From contig NW_024705594.1 of NCBI RefSeq assembly GCF_018977255.1, positions 1 through 32,609 of the forward strand: 32,609 nucleotides of DNA, given 5' to 3'. This DNA is from Callorhinchus milii (Eukaryota). The first letter of the stretch is position 1. Each line of letters begins with the position of its first letter. Of this stretch, positions 1-10,800 are shown piece after piece. A program made the position numbers and the translations under genes. Under the pieces are notes generated by a model, which was given only the letters and a program-made list of their open reading frames with translations, was not told the DNA's origin and did no database searches.

Positions 1-599
1 ATTCAACGCTGCCTATCTTTCTTTAATAGTTTTATTGAAACCTGCGGTATAAAATATGATGCCATACATACGCCATTTGGGAGAGTTCAGTTGGTGCAAT
101 TAAGGAACCTTGAATCGGTGAAAAAATTATTAACACGGAGATGCAGATATTCAACGAATTTTTCTCGCACATACCGTACATAATTGAGTCTGTTCGCTCA
201 GAAATCACAATGGAATGATCATAACCTTTATTTATCCTGGACTAATACGATGATCAATTAATCTCTTTTTTATAGATGTTCAGTAGGGGCGAGTAAGCAA
301 GTTACAACAAGAAACAATACAAAACACGATAGAAGTACAACGCAGAGCAATGGCAAGCAAGTTAGTTTAAACGTAAATAAATAACATTAAATAAAGATTA
401 GAAGTACAAATAGCATAAGTACATTCCTGCCGATTTTTCAACACTGAATGTAAACTTGAGTAAAGCAACAAAACGACAACAAAACCAGTTCAGTTCAAAC
501 CAACACTGCAGAGCATATCTTCATTATATTGGATATTACAATCCTAACTATCGATTCACAGATAAGGATCAGAGTTAAACATCACATTTGCCAATTACT

Positions 600-851
600 T
601 ACGTGAGAATGAGCCCCAAACTAGCAAAAGCAAATGGAAGTAAACTTCATGCAGTGGTTTGGCCAATGTAATAAGGCAATAAACCCTGGAATAGCCAACA
701 CTGATCGGAAGAGTGCAAATCTGGAAGGTTCGAAGCATCAAAGTACAAGTTGGATGACCGACATAAAGGACTGGTGGGAGAGAAAGAGGTGGAAGCTTTA
801 TGGGCTTCAGAAATGAGAAGGTGAAGAGTCAAAACCACAGGAGCATACAGC
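600..851 (+). pseudogene. Degenerate 3' end of an RTE-clade non-LTR retrotransposon ORF
   Basis: ORF 634-816 reads QWFGQ...GIANT...LEG...TSWMTDIKDW, resembling the RTE C-terminal pattern (WFGH..R..LAKTIL.G..EG.R.RGR..SW.D.IKEW). Family call is from remembered consensus; boundaries are approximate. Confidence 0.5.
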
Positions 852-1434
852 TGAAGTACCGGTGAGGACGCTTGACGCCGAGGTTGAGGCACACGTATGT
901 TTATTCACAATATGACAGTGGGCATATACACACTCGAGGGGGTATCGGCCCCCTCACCCGTATAACTCGGGATACACCCCTAGCTAACTCTGTCCTAGCC
1001 CCGAATCCTCCACTAATGGGCTAGGGGAGGCTAACTGGCCCGACACTGGTAAGTCGGGCCCGGTACCGCGAGTTCCAGACCAGCTCTTACAAGAGCACCG
1101 GCTCTGGCTTTCGGGACCACCCGCTGGCTCAATCCTGTCCGGCCCTGAAAAGGACATCGAACCAGGGAGTCCAGGGCTCTATCTAAGACGTCTTCAATCT
1201 TCTTCCCTTAGCTTAACATAACTGCCTTGAGCCCTTTGAACATCCCCTTTTATACCCAACCCCTCCCTGAGGGGTGGGGCCCCGGGGGATCATAACGTTC
1301 GAACCAGCCCCCCCAGGGTGTCTGGCTCGGACGTCGTAGAGGGCACTTGCTCGTGCACTTACGTAGCCCCGCCCACTGTGTTTGTTTTCCATAGGCTGCC
1401 ATGCATAACGGGCCCTCTCTTTAACACCCCTACA
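852..1434 (-). mobile_element. Solo LTR (Gypsy-like), 583 bp
   Basis: TG...CA ends (TGAAG at 852, CTACA ending 1434) flanked by the 4-bp repeat CAGC (848-851, 1435-1438). On the - strand, TATAAAAG (1247-1254) lies upstream of AATAAA (900-905). Collinear motifs are shared with 25218-25795. Confidence 0.85.
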
Positions 1435-2501
1435 CAGCTAAGGACATTCTCCACGTCAACATAATACAAACATATGTCTTGACAATACAGTTTCAGCATG
1501 CTGCCACGAACAGAATAATCTATGGACTTGACCAACATTTCTACCAAAATTGTAGAGTGACGACATCCACGTGTGAATGATACCAAGCAAAACGATGACG
1601 GAAAGATAAAGATTCCCCATACAATCAACAAATCTTCATTTGTGTTGGGTCACCTATTTTCAGAATCGCTCATATGTGTTTTCCATTTCACACTACAATG
1701 AAAATACAAATAATGATAACTGGCCTCGAATTAGCCACAATTTTTCCAAAGGTGACACCAAAAAAATCAAGAACTGCTCTTGCAGTACCATCACTTCCAT
1801 CAGCACCACCATCTGGATTTATGTATTTAGATTGCAATTGCATGTTCTTTAATTGTAGGGATTGCATGCAACTAGTCAGTTGTATGTTATGCAATGCTTT
1901 GGGATTGTTATGCAAAATAAAATATCTTAAAAAATACATTGGATAGTGTTTGCATTCAGTATCATCATTATCACTTCCACAATTCTTTGAGCCAGCATCA
2001 ATGAAAACCTCTGTTCGAATCCAGGCAGTCGCCTGTGATTAAACTGCACAGTCAAGTGTGGTGATATGATTGTCTCAACCCGGTCATGGATGACTGCACG
2101 AAGACCACCCCTTCCATCACAGTTATCTAAACGTAAACTAGTAGGTGTGCGAATAACTCGTATCAGAAGTGAGATCTTGTTTCATAAGTAAAATTTAAAT
2201 CGCGCGAGATCAACCAATATTTTCAATTCTCGAAAGAGAGATATGGCCTCATCGCTCAGAGGTCTGAGTGCTGACCTGATTTCGAATCCAGGACCTTAGC
2301 AGTGCCACCTCATCAATCAAACCTCTGAGACACCTCGACACCTCCTCTACAAGTAATAGCAGACCTGGAAAAATCCACTGCTGGATGGTCTCTGCATGGT
2401 GCCATCATTTAATGGAAGTTCTTTTAGCGGATCTGCTGATCCTGCACTAGATCCGTGACTAAGAATAAACGAAAGTGAACTTGGCAGTAATAAGTTGATA
2501 T

Positions 2502-2657
2502 GTTTCGATTTAAAGCTTTCGTGACTGCAGGGATTCCTCTTCTTGGTTCTTTCGGTAAAGTCACGTAGAAGGAAAATAATAAAATAAAATAAAAATAAAA
2601 AAACATATTTTATTATGTTTTATTTTTATTATTTTTACCGAAAGAACCAAGAAGATG
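2502..2657. mobile_element. Short fold-back fragment of the Penelope-like family seen at 26755-27106
   Basis: CTTTCGTGACTGCAG at 2516-2530 followed by TTGGTTCTTTCGGT and AAGTCACGT, as at 26769-26817. Inverted arms 2538-2559 / 2634-2655. AAGTTGATAT flanks it at 2492-2501 and 2658-2667. Confidence 0.7.
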
Positions 2658-2838
2658 AAGTTGATATTTGTTTTTTGTTGAGAGTCACCGAAATAGAGAA
2701 TTAATCCTTCAACATTAAAACGGAAAAATGTTAATGTTATTTTTTTCGATAATTAATGCTATATCAAACAATTGGTTCAAACTAATGATACAAACGAATG
2801 ATACATCATGGGACCTCCTTTGCCAGTTCCAAAACATA

Positions 2839-3147
2839 AGAATAGGTTTTCCCCTTTTTAATGGAACAAAAAAACAGGTGTTAAGATGTTAAAAACCAAA
2901 CTGAAACATTTGACAAGGAATCGTGTCTGCATTAACACCGTTTGAGACTAGGCTCAAAAGCAAGCTGTGTCTGATGTGGACCAATCAGTTTCAACGGCAA
3001 TGCATATATATCCGAGTTTGTTTGTTTTTTACATTCTGACAAGTATTTTGGTGAATGCAGACATGATTCCGTGTAAATTGTTTCAGTTTGGTGTTTTAAC
3101 ATCTTAACACCTGTTTTGTTACCAGAAAAAAGGGGAAAACCTATTCT
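2839..3147. mobile_element. MITE-like element with ~100-bp imperfect terminal inverted repeats
   Basis: AGAATAGGTTTTCCCCTTTTT...AAAACAGGTGTTAAGATGTTAAAA...GTCTGCATT (2839-~2935) is mirrored by ...AAAAAGGGGAAAACCTATTCT (~3050-3147). No clear TSD, so the superfamily is unassigned. Confidence 0.7.
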
Positions 3148-3180
3148 CAAACTAATGATAAATTAATGTATTGTTACATG

Positions 3181-3653
3181 TGTAATGCGGGCGTAAACGG
3201 CTCGCGGATATAACGTAACAGGGGGGAGGAGTTGGGTCACGTGGGGAGAAGGGAGAGCTCTTAAGGGCGGGAACCGGAAGAGACGAGGGGAGAGTGTAAG
3301 AATAATAACGGGAGGAGGCCACGCAGGGCTGGGTGTGGAAGGTGGCGTGATTACCACAGGACGGGACGCGGCACCGTTGGCCAGCGGTGTCCGGGCACGG
3401 GGAAGACGGAGAGCCGCAGTGGGGCTGCAGAGAGAGCAGCTGAGAGGCTGCAGACCGGGCGGAGAGGCTGAGATGAAAGCCAGCAGCGGAGCTGCATCGG
3501 GAACCAGGGAAAGGCTACGTGAGCGACGGCAGCAGACGGGCTGCCGAGCGGGAGGTGGAGAAAGCTCTGAGCGAGGCGCTGTGCGGGGCGACGTTGTACG
3601 AACCCAAATAAAGGACAACGGAGACAGACACAGTGGAAGAGTCCTTAATTACA
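3181..3653 (+). mobile_element. Solo LTR (Gypsy-like), 473 bp
   Basis: Inverted ends TGTAAT...ATTACA with TSD CATG (3177-3180, 3654-3657). AATAAA at 3607-3612. GC- and purine-rich island in AT-rich flanks. Confidence 0.9.
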
Positions 3654-4859
3654 CATGTATTTGTTACATTTAAATTCGTTTATTAGCAATTGCGAATATT
3701 ACTTGTCAGATTCATTATATATTGAGGTCCTGCATTATTTAATAAATACATTAAGTCAAGTGTGAGAATCACCACATATACTTCCGATTAGCATGGTAGG
3801 TTATGTACAGTGCGAAATAAGTTCAACATACAGATAATTTACACATTGATATTGTGTTATTTAACGAATGGGTAATTTACAGCAGAATGTGATCTAAGCA
3901 GGCAAACTCTGTACCTATTTTGAATGTAAGAGTTGCAACTTTAGAGTCAGGCTTGATAAACACACGTTGCTATGTGGCCTTGTGTTATAGGCAGATTGCA
4001 AGATTATTTACCATGAACTGTGGGGTATATGTAGCACAAAACAGCAACAATGTGTAAAACACATTAAGCGCTGTTGTGGTGGAAATTATGAATATCATTG
4101 TCTGCACGTATGTGTGTACATTGCATTGTAATTTGCCTTATCGTCTACTGTAAAATATAAGTTTCATGGGATTGGAAATATCGATGCTTTACGTGATTAA
4201 AAACGGCAAAATCTTCTCCAAGCCGAGCTAAATAGGATGAGATCCTTTCCGGTTATGGGAGGTGGTCGACAGACTGCACATAAAAGTAACGTTTTAGTGC
4301 ATTGGCACGTAAGTAACACCTAACACAAAGGTAATTAATATGGTATACATTACAATTCAGTATTAACAGATTAATATCACTTAAAAATTACATCCATACA
4401 GTTGAAACAGAAACACCATAAATATAAAGCAGAGGATGAAGGATGGGTTTCATTGGATGTGTAAGGCTGATGATATTTTATGACGAGCATAAGTAATAAG
4501 TGTTATCTATTTGTAAAATATGTTGTTATTAACAAAAGAGCACGAACTGTACTAACAGAGAGCGAGTTGACGCGTCCCAGCCCACATGTTAACCGATTTG
4601 TGTGCGACTCAACTTGTGTGCATAGCTTTCGCATTGGCAGTGCAAGGCAATTGTGTGACCATGTGACAATGGACGCGGATAGCGTTACACTTGCAATCTA
4701 GAATTCCCTACACGTGATGAGAAATAATTTCACACTGTAGCTTGTGCAACTTCAGTGGCTTTTCCTTCAACCCGGGAGCACTGAGCTTGGGCTTTTGTCC
4801 GCGTAGTGTCTGTGCCACCTCCCTGCGTCACGGTTTTGTGCTGTGTACCGGGCTCATGC

Positions 4860-4889
4860 NNNNNNNNNNNNNNNNNNNNNNNNNNNNNN
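4860..4889. other. Gap of 30 N
   Basis: Run of N characters in the sequence. Confidence 0.99.
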
Positions 4890-7800
4890 GGCACCGGCCA
4901 TTCGAAACGGGGCACCGAGAACTGAATTTCTTGCGATCTCAAGGCGTCGGAAGCCTCGCAGAATAGGTATGGAAATGAAGTGACTATCACGCATAGGCAG
5001 CTACGCGCATAGCCATCACCAGCGGTGATAGTCATCATCATTGAGCAAGTCCGTACGTTATCTTTGTCCCCTTGTGGCGCCAAGGAATTTGCTCGAATTA
5101 GCAGTAAGCATAAGCTTATAGCGACCCCTGCGTCGTGCCCAGTGATCGTCTTGCCAAATGATGCAGAAGAGCATGGGCGAGGGGCAGATAGTACGTCATG
5201 ACCATGCCCATTATGCTTGCTTTAATACCACTTCATCGTCTTGCCTAAATTGGTTTCCTCGCCGTCTTTTATTTCTAATCAGACATAGCCTTAAGATTAT
5301 ATGCTTGTGTCCCCTTTAAACACGTCCTGAGTCCCTTACCCAACACCAAAGACGCGACTACGTTCACACTTAGTACTGCGTTATCTAAAACCAGGGTGCT
5401 CAACCCATTGCCATGCCTAGAGCCGAATGTACGGCGCCGCGGTGACTCAGTCCCCCACCAAAAGATTACTAGTTGTCGCACTACATGGCGTAGAGAACGA
5501 GGGGGTACACAGTTCCCCCCGGTCGGGTCCAAATCTTAGGGCGTTGGGGTTAAATAACGAGCTATTCTTAGGGGTTACAGTGAAAAGACGTAGAGGGGCG
5601 TGGGTCCCAGTCGTAAGGCATAAACACTAGGAACCATCTTCCTTTTTTGGACAGCGTCCATAGTCTACACGCTCACTTAGTATTTTAGGTGAGGGGGCAA
5701 TAAGAGATAAAATACAATACCAAAAGTTAGTAAGTCCGATTGAAGTCTCCTAGCTTCGAGTGACCTAACCCCAATAGGACGCATACTATTAAGTCGCTAA
5801 ATTCAGCAGTAGGAATATGACAATCAATAGATAGCTCCTCAGTCAGGAGTGATGCATTTAGGGGACTAGTGTGGATTTACAAGCTTGAGGTCAGCTGACC
5901 CCCAAAACATCACCTTAAAACAGAAATGACGATATCGGTCTCGCAAGAGGATTGAGAGACTAATAGCTAATTAGCAAAATTGACGCGCATCCTGGGTCGC
6001 ACTGATACGCTTTCGCGCAGAAACCGCTGGAGAGTCTCAAACCTGTTTCAGTGGTTCCTTACATTTCTATGAAGGCTGAACTTACGGCTGGCGCACCTAT
6101 ATAAGGAACATGAATAGCCGAGGAGGGGCTCTATACGCTAAGAACTCGCCGATGTCAGGTTCACCTGGCGCCAGTTCGACGTGAGATTTTCAAGCGTTAC
6201 TATTTGTCAGGTGATTGAAATTGCACGACTGCTACGAGTAATGGCGCCTACAGCCGCAATATCCGCCCCGAACTTCTAGGGCTTTACAAACATCCCTGAG
6301 AAAACATGTCTAAGATACCACTTATACTCAGCGACATCGTCTGGTAGTAGGAAGAGAGGCTATTGTCTAACATACCACATGTCCTTGACTTCGTTAAAGT
6401 TGTTTATTACCACGGCGATCCGTGTCTCGGTGGACGGAGTTCTAATTATTTCGAGTACCATTATGTGATTTCACTACCAGAATGGCCACCACGTTTATCC
6501 AGTGAAAGCTGAAATGACAGGAACAAGGCAATCATCCAACGGTCTCGTGTATATGCGATTTAATGGGAACTATACTGAAGACGATGTCGTATATTGTTTC
6601 TCCTACGCCTCCCTTTTTCACTGAATCGCAATGGTTTCCCGTTTAGTTTAATCGAAGCGCTCCAAAAACTATGGAAAAACCTTTTCCCGTATCGATAAGA
6701 GATTCCGTGCCCTTCAAATGGCTTATAAAAAGCATACTCTAACAGATCCACCGGAGCTGTTGATCATATGATTGGGCCAGACTTCGACCCCGCCTAAAAT
6801 GTTTGACTGCCGTGTGCCTTTATAAGCTTTCTTAACAATTCCAGGCGCGCGGGCTGTATAAGAACGGTGGGTCGCATGCCGGTCGCGTACAGGAGGTTGG
6901 TTGATTACGTCGTCTGCGTTCTTGTAACGCAGATCCGCGTTAAGGAATGGTAACGTACTTGCTCCCAAAATATCGCTCAGTCTGAAAAAACGGAACTCTA
7001 TATGGAGTCACATTCATTTGCAGATTAAAGTGATGACCTAGCGCCTTTTTAGAGCTCCATCCCCTCTGTGCTAAAAGTGCTGTGACCTGCCCTACAGGAA
7101 AACCAAATAGTCTTCCCATTCATCCGGGCCATAGTGAAGAGAGCCAGCTCGATGAGGCGAACAGCAGTCGGCTGCACTGGCTAGTCATGCTGTGCGTTCG
7201 CAGTTTTAAGTGCGGGTTTGAGACGGTTTGAGTCGCCTAGGATAGCTAACAGAAGCTGGGTAAATGTACCAACTGGAATTTGTAGTCGGTTAGATTTCTG
7301 GGGGCCATGACACCACCGTTTAGTAGTGATGCGGTAGTTTTCGTAAGAAGTGCGGGGGGCAGTGGAGCTATGCCTAGGAGAGCTCACACCCCAAATTAAT
7401 CCCAATCGACTCCCGTATACCATCCATGCTTCGAAGGGGGCTTCGCACCTTCAGTTAAGGTGGTCTGAATGTCATAATTTAGTCGTACCTTGCTAGGCTC
7501 ATTTCCCCCCACGTCGTAACCTCCTGGCCGGGATCGCCTGGTCGTGACTCATTAGAACGCTAATGTTATCGGGACCAAATGTGACCTCCTGTTACGGGAG
7601 ACGTGTGCAACTCCCCTCGGGCGGATGTAAACGGGTTTGTCACACAGTCAACATGCGAGAAGACCCTAGTGGATAGCATTTTTATCCGCTATTATGCGAG
7701 TTCGGAGCTCGAATTATGTACCGGCTTTCTGCTTTTCCAGAAAGACCTTGGGGTGAGCTAGATGCTATACAATAAATACTTGAGGGGCGTCTACCCCGCG

Positions 7801-10800
7801 GTAGGCTTCGTCAAGGACAAAGATTACATGGCGTAGTGATCTCAGCGGTCCTGCCGGTCGTGGCGCATCCGCTTTGAAAAGTACACAAATTAGCCCGTCC
7901 ATACCCCCCGGTATCAAACGTCCTCGATTTAGCAATGCAAGTATTGAGCTAGGTAAGGCAGTGTTGTGATGCTTGATACAAACGTCCTAAGCTATCACAA
8001 TTACCCCAGTTATTTATGATAAAAAGTTCAGGGGCAGCCATGTTTATGAGTGTGCCAATAGAACGACGGCCTTTATAGCCTGTAGAAACAACGACACCAT
8101 GAGCTAGTCTCCGTATCCTTAGCACGATTGAGCGCCGCCCATTCATTTGGGGATTAATTGCCAGGCCTCGCTCCCGCCATATTGGAAAAATGATCTGCGT
8201 ACATAGCGCATGAGGATTGCCAAAACACCACGCAATTTGCGACGCCGAGTTTCGGAGATGCTGGCAGGCCCACCCACGCCAGAACGCATAGTACCCTGAT
8301 GTTTGACACTGCACTTCTGACCTATTGTCCACTGAGGCGAAGGAGGTTGGTTTTCTCCATATGCGTTAGTCAGAGGACTAGAGGGCAGACGGCGACAAAT
8401 GTTCCACCCCCTACCTGATTTTCCTAGGGGGTGATGTAGGCATGGTCTCATGTTGACGCTCACTGACCTAGTATGTAACGTCCTTTCAATTAGGTTTAAC
8501 TATACAGAGCGCAAACGATTGATAGATGAACCTCTATTGCGAGCGTGGGCACCATTCTCAATCACGGTGCCGCCCGGGACGATCTGAGTTTTGTTTGAGA
8601 CTAGCTGTTTTTTTCACAGACCGGAATCAGCTCGGAACCTGAGTGTGCTACCCACTTCAATTGGAAGGTGGCCTTGGACGTTGTGGCTTTTCAAATACCT
8701 CAATAGTACTAGGGCAACGAACGGGGGCCTGCCCCCATCCTCGATTTGTACTAACTAATGCCGGGAGATTCATCCGACTTTTAAAAGTCCCTACCCCCGG
8801 GAGACTTTGAGAGAGCTGACGCTGCATATACATTCCAGGACCGCTCGTGCAACATAGGGTCCATACACAACGGAAATTTACAACCAAGAGTAGTGTTGGA
8901 GTGCGAAGATCTGAACTGTTGCAAGCTCACACGGGTTTCAATAGCCATAGGGAGTCAAAACTTTTAACGAACTGAACACTAGCAGGCGCTCAGCACCGAT
9001 ACAGAAAAGGCACGCCCCGTAGTCAATCGGGTTTCTAGCTTCCCTTACTTGCCCCATGCGTCAGTCCCCTATCCCTACATCTCAAATGAACAAAATGGCT
9101 GTTAAACGACTTCATTTTCGCCAATGTATGGTCGCTACACATAGCACATTATTCCTGTGCCCCGTGTCTCGGGGTTCCTGGCGATAATCTTCTTTGCGCC
9201 CTGGTTTTATATCTCTCATGAAGGCCTGGGGCAACGTTCGCGTAGCGAATGAGAGCAATTCAGAACCATGCCGACAGGGCAGTAATTTGTCTGTAACAAC
9301 GGGCCCGTAGCCGCACTTTGGGAGTCGCGCAAGACAATGGCTCACTGAGGGGAAACATGCACGGACCAATGCGAGGAATTAGGCTCACTAATTGTGCGTG
9401 TTGCCGAACCCTTAGCACCATTTGACTGGATTATTGACAAAATTGCGCCCGGGACCGACTGCCTCCTCCCAGTGGGGGGTAATCGTTTCCAGTTAATGCA
9501 GTCCAGTTCGCATTTCAATAAACCGACCGCTGCCTCGAGAGGCCGGCGTTTGGTGAGAGTTCTGCTCAAAAAGACAATATGCCCATAAGGAATCGGCAAC
9601 GAACGTCCTTGTCTAGAAGGCAAGTACTTATTGTTTGAGGTGAAGCGACTGATATGTATGGTACTGTGCATGTCAAAACTCTAAGTACTAACCTGAGAAC
9701 CGACTCGGGTCCCCGATGGGACCGCCCACAGGGGCATGTCACAACAGGCGCAATTGAGATACTCGGCCCTCTCCTCTTTCCACGCGTGTGGGGGTTTAGA
9801 TGACACAAGTAAGGCGCGTTTATCAATGCCGCAAGAAAGATGGCCCATAGTTGGCCGTTTTAGACGAGATGTTGTGAGTTTACTTCCCGTACGGGTGTCT
9901 GGGAATGATTCGTCCTTAGGAACTGGCAAATGTATATCCTTCGGGCTCTAAGAGTAGGCGTTCTGCAGCGCCCAAGTCAAAGGAGTTTTGTCCAGACATA
10001 ACGTGACTAGCAGTGGGTTGATCTAGAAAGCTGAGAATTATGGGGATGCCGGTTGGACGCGAGGAGTCACTCTAAAAAACGGGATAATAGAGCTGACGGT
10101 TATGTCAGAGTTTTAAGGATCTTAGGGATAACAATAGGGTTGCAGCCTGCGATTCACCAGTGAAACCGCCCATTCGGCGAGAGATCGTTCGCACTGGGGC
10201 CAGGTTTACACGTAATGAGCGCCCCTGAGGAGAGCCTTGGCATTGTGGGGGTGATCCTACCCGAAGACTAGGTTGTGTATTGCGCCGCGGCATTCCAATC
10301 GTACCAACCCTGCGCAGCAGGACGGTTTTCTCTTGAATTATTACGTCGGGCTAATTGCCTAGCGGGCGACCGGCGGCGTTTTCATAATCAATACCACAGC
10401 GTATAACGGCGTGCAACATTGCTTGGTACACGATCCCACGAGGCGTGCACTAATAGGGTTGCATAGCTAGTACGGTCGAATCGGCTACCCAGTTCGGCTA
10501 ATAGCCCCCAATGCGGGTAGCCTCGTGTGTTATGTAGATAGATTGCCTCCGTAATAGTTCTGGCGTTGTTATAAGCCTACCCTAATCAACCTATTCCACG
10601 GATTATATGACATCGTCACAATTGACACTTCGTTTTCTCACGCCGGATTCACATCTCGGACAGTTGCACTCTAGCTAGTATCGGGCCCTTAAGATATGTA
10701 CATAGTGTTCAAGATGTGCAATCGTCATATGAAGGGCAGTCGGACATGTGCGTTTGTAGGGTACGTCACTTACCTGGAAAAGGTCCCGTGGGACCATGTC

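Noticed and set aside
1435..2000. Cluster of short ORFs after the first LTR
   Set aside because: No recognisable domain, and stops in all frames.
2005..2300. Two B-box-like TTCGAATCC motifs (~2014, ~2282)
   Set aside because: No convincing A-box or cloverleaf. At most old SINE debris.
3163..3673. 151-aa and 112-aa ORFs
   Set aside because: They lie almost entirely within a GC-rich solo LTR and are low in complexity.
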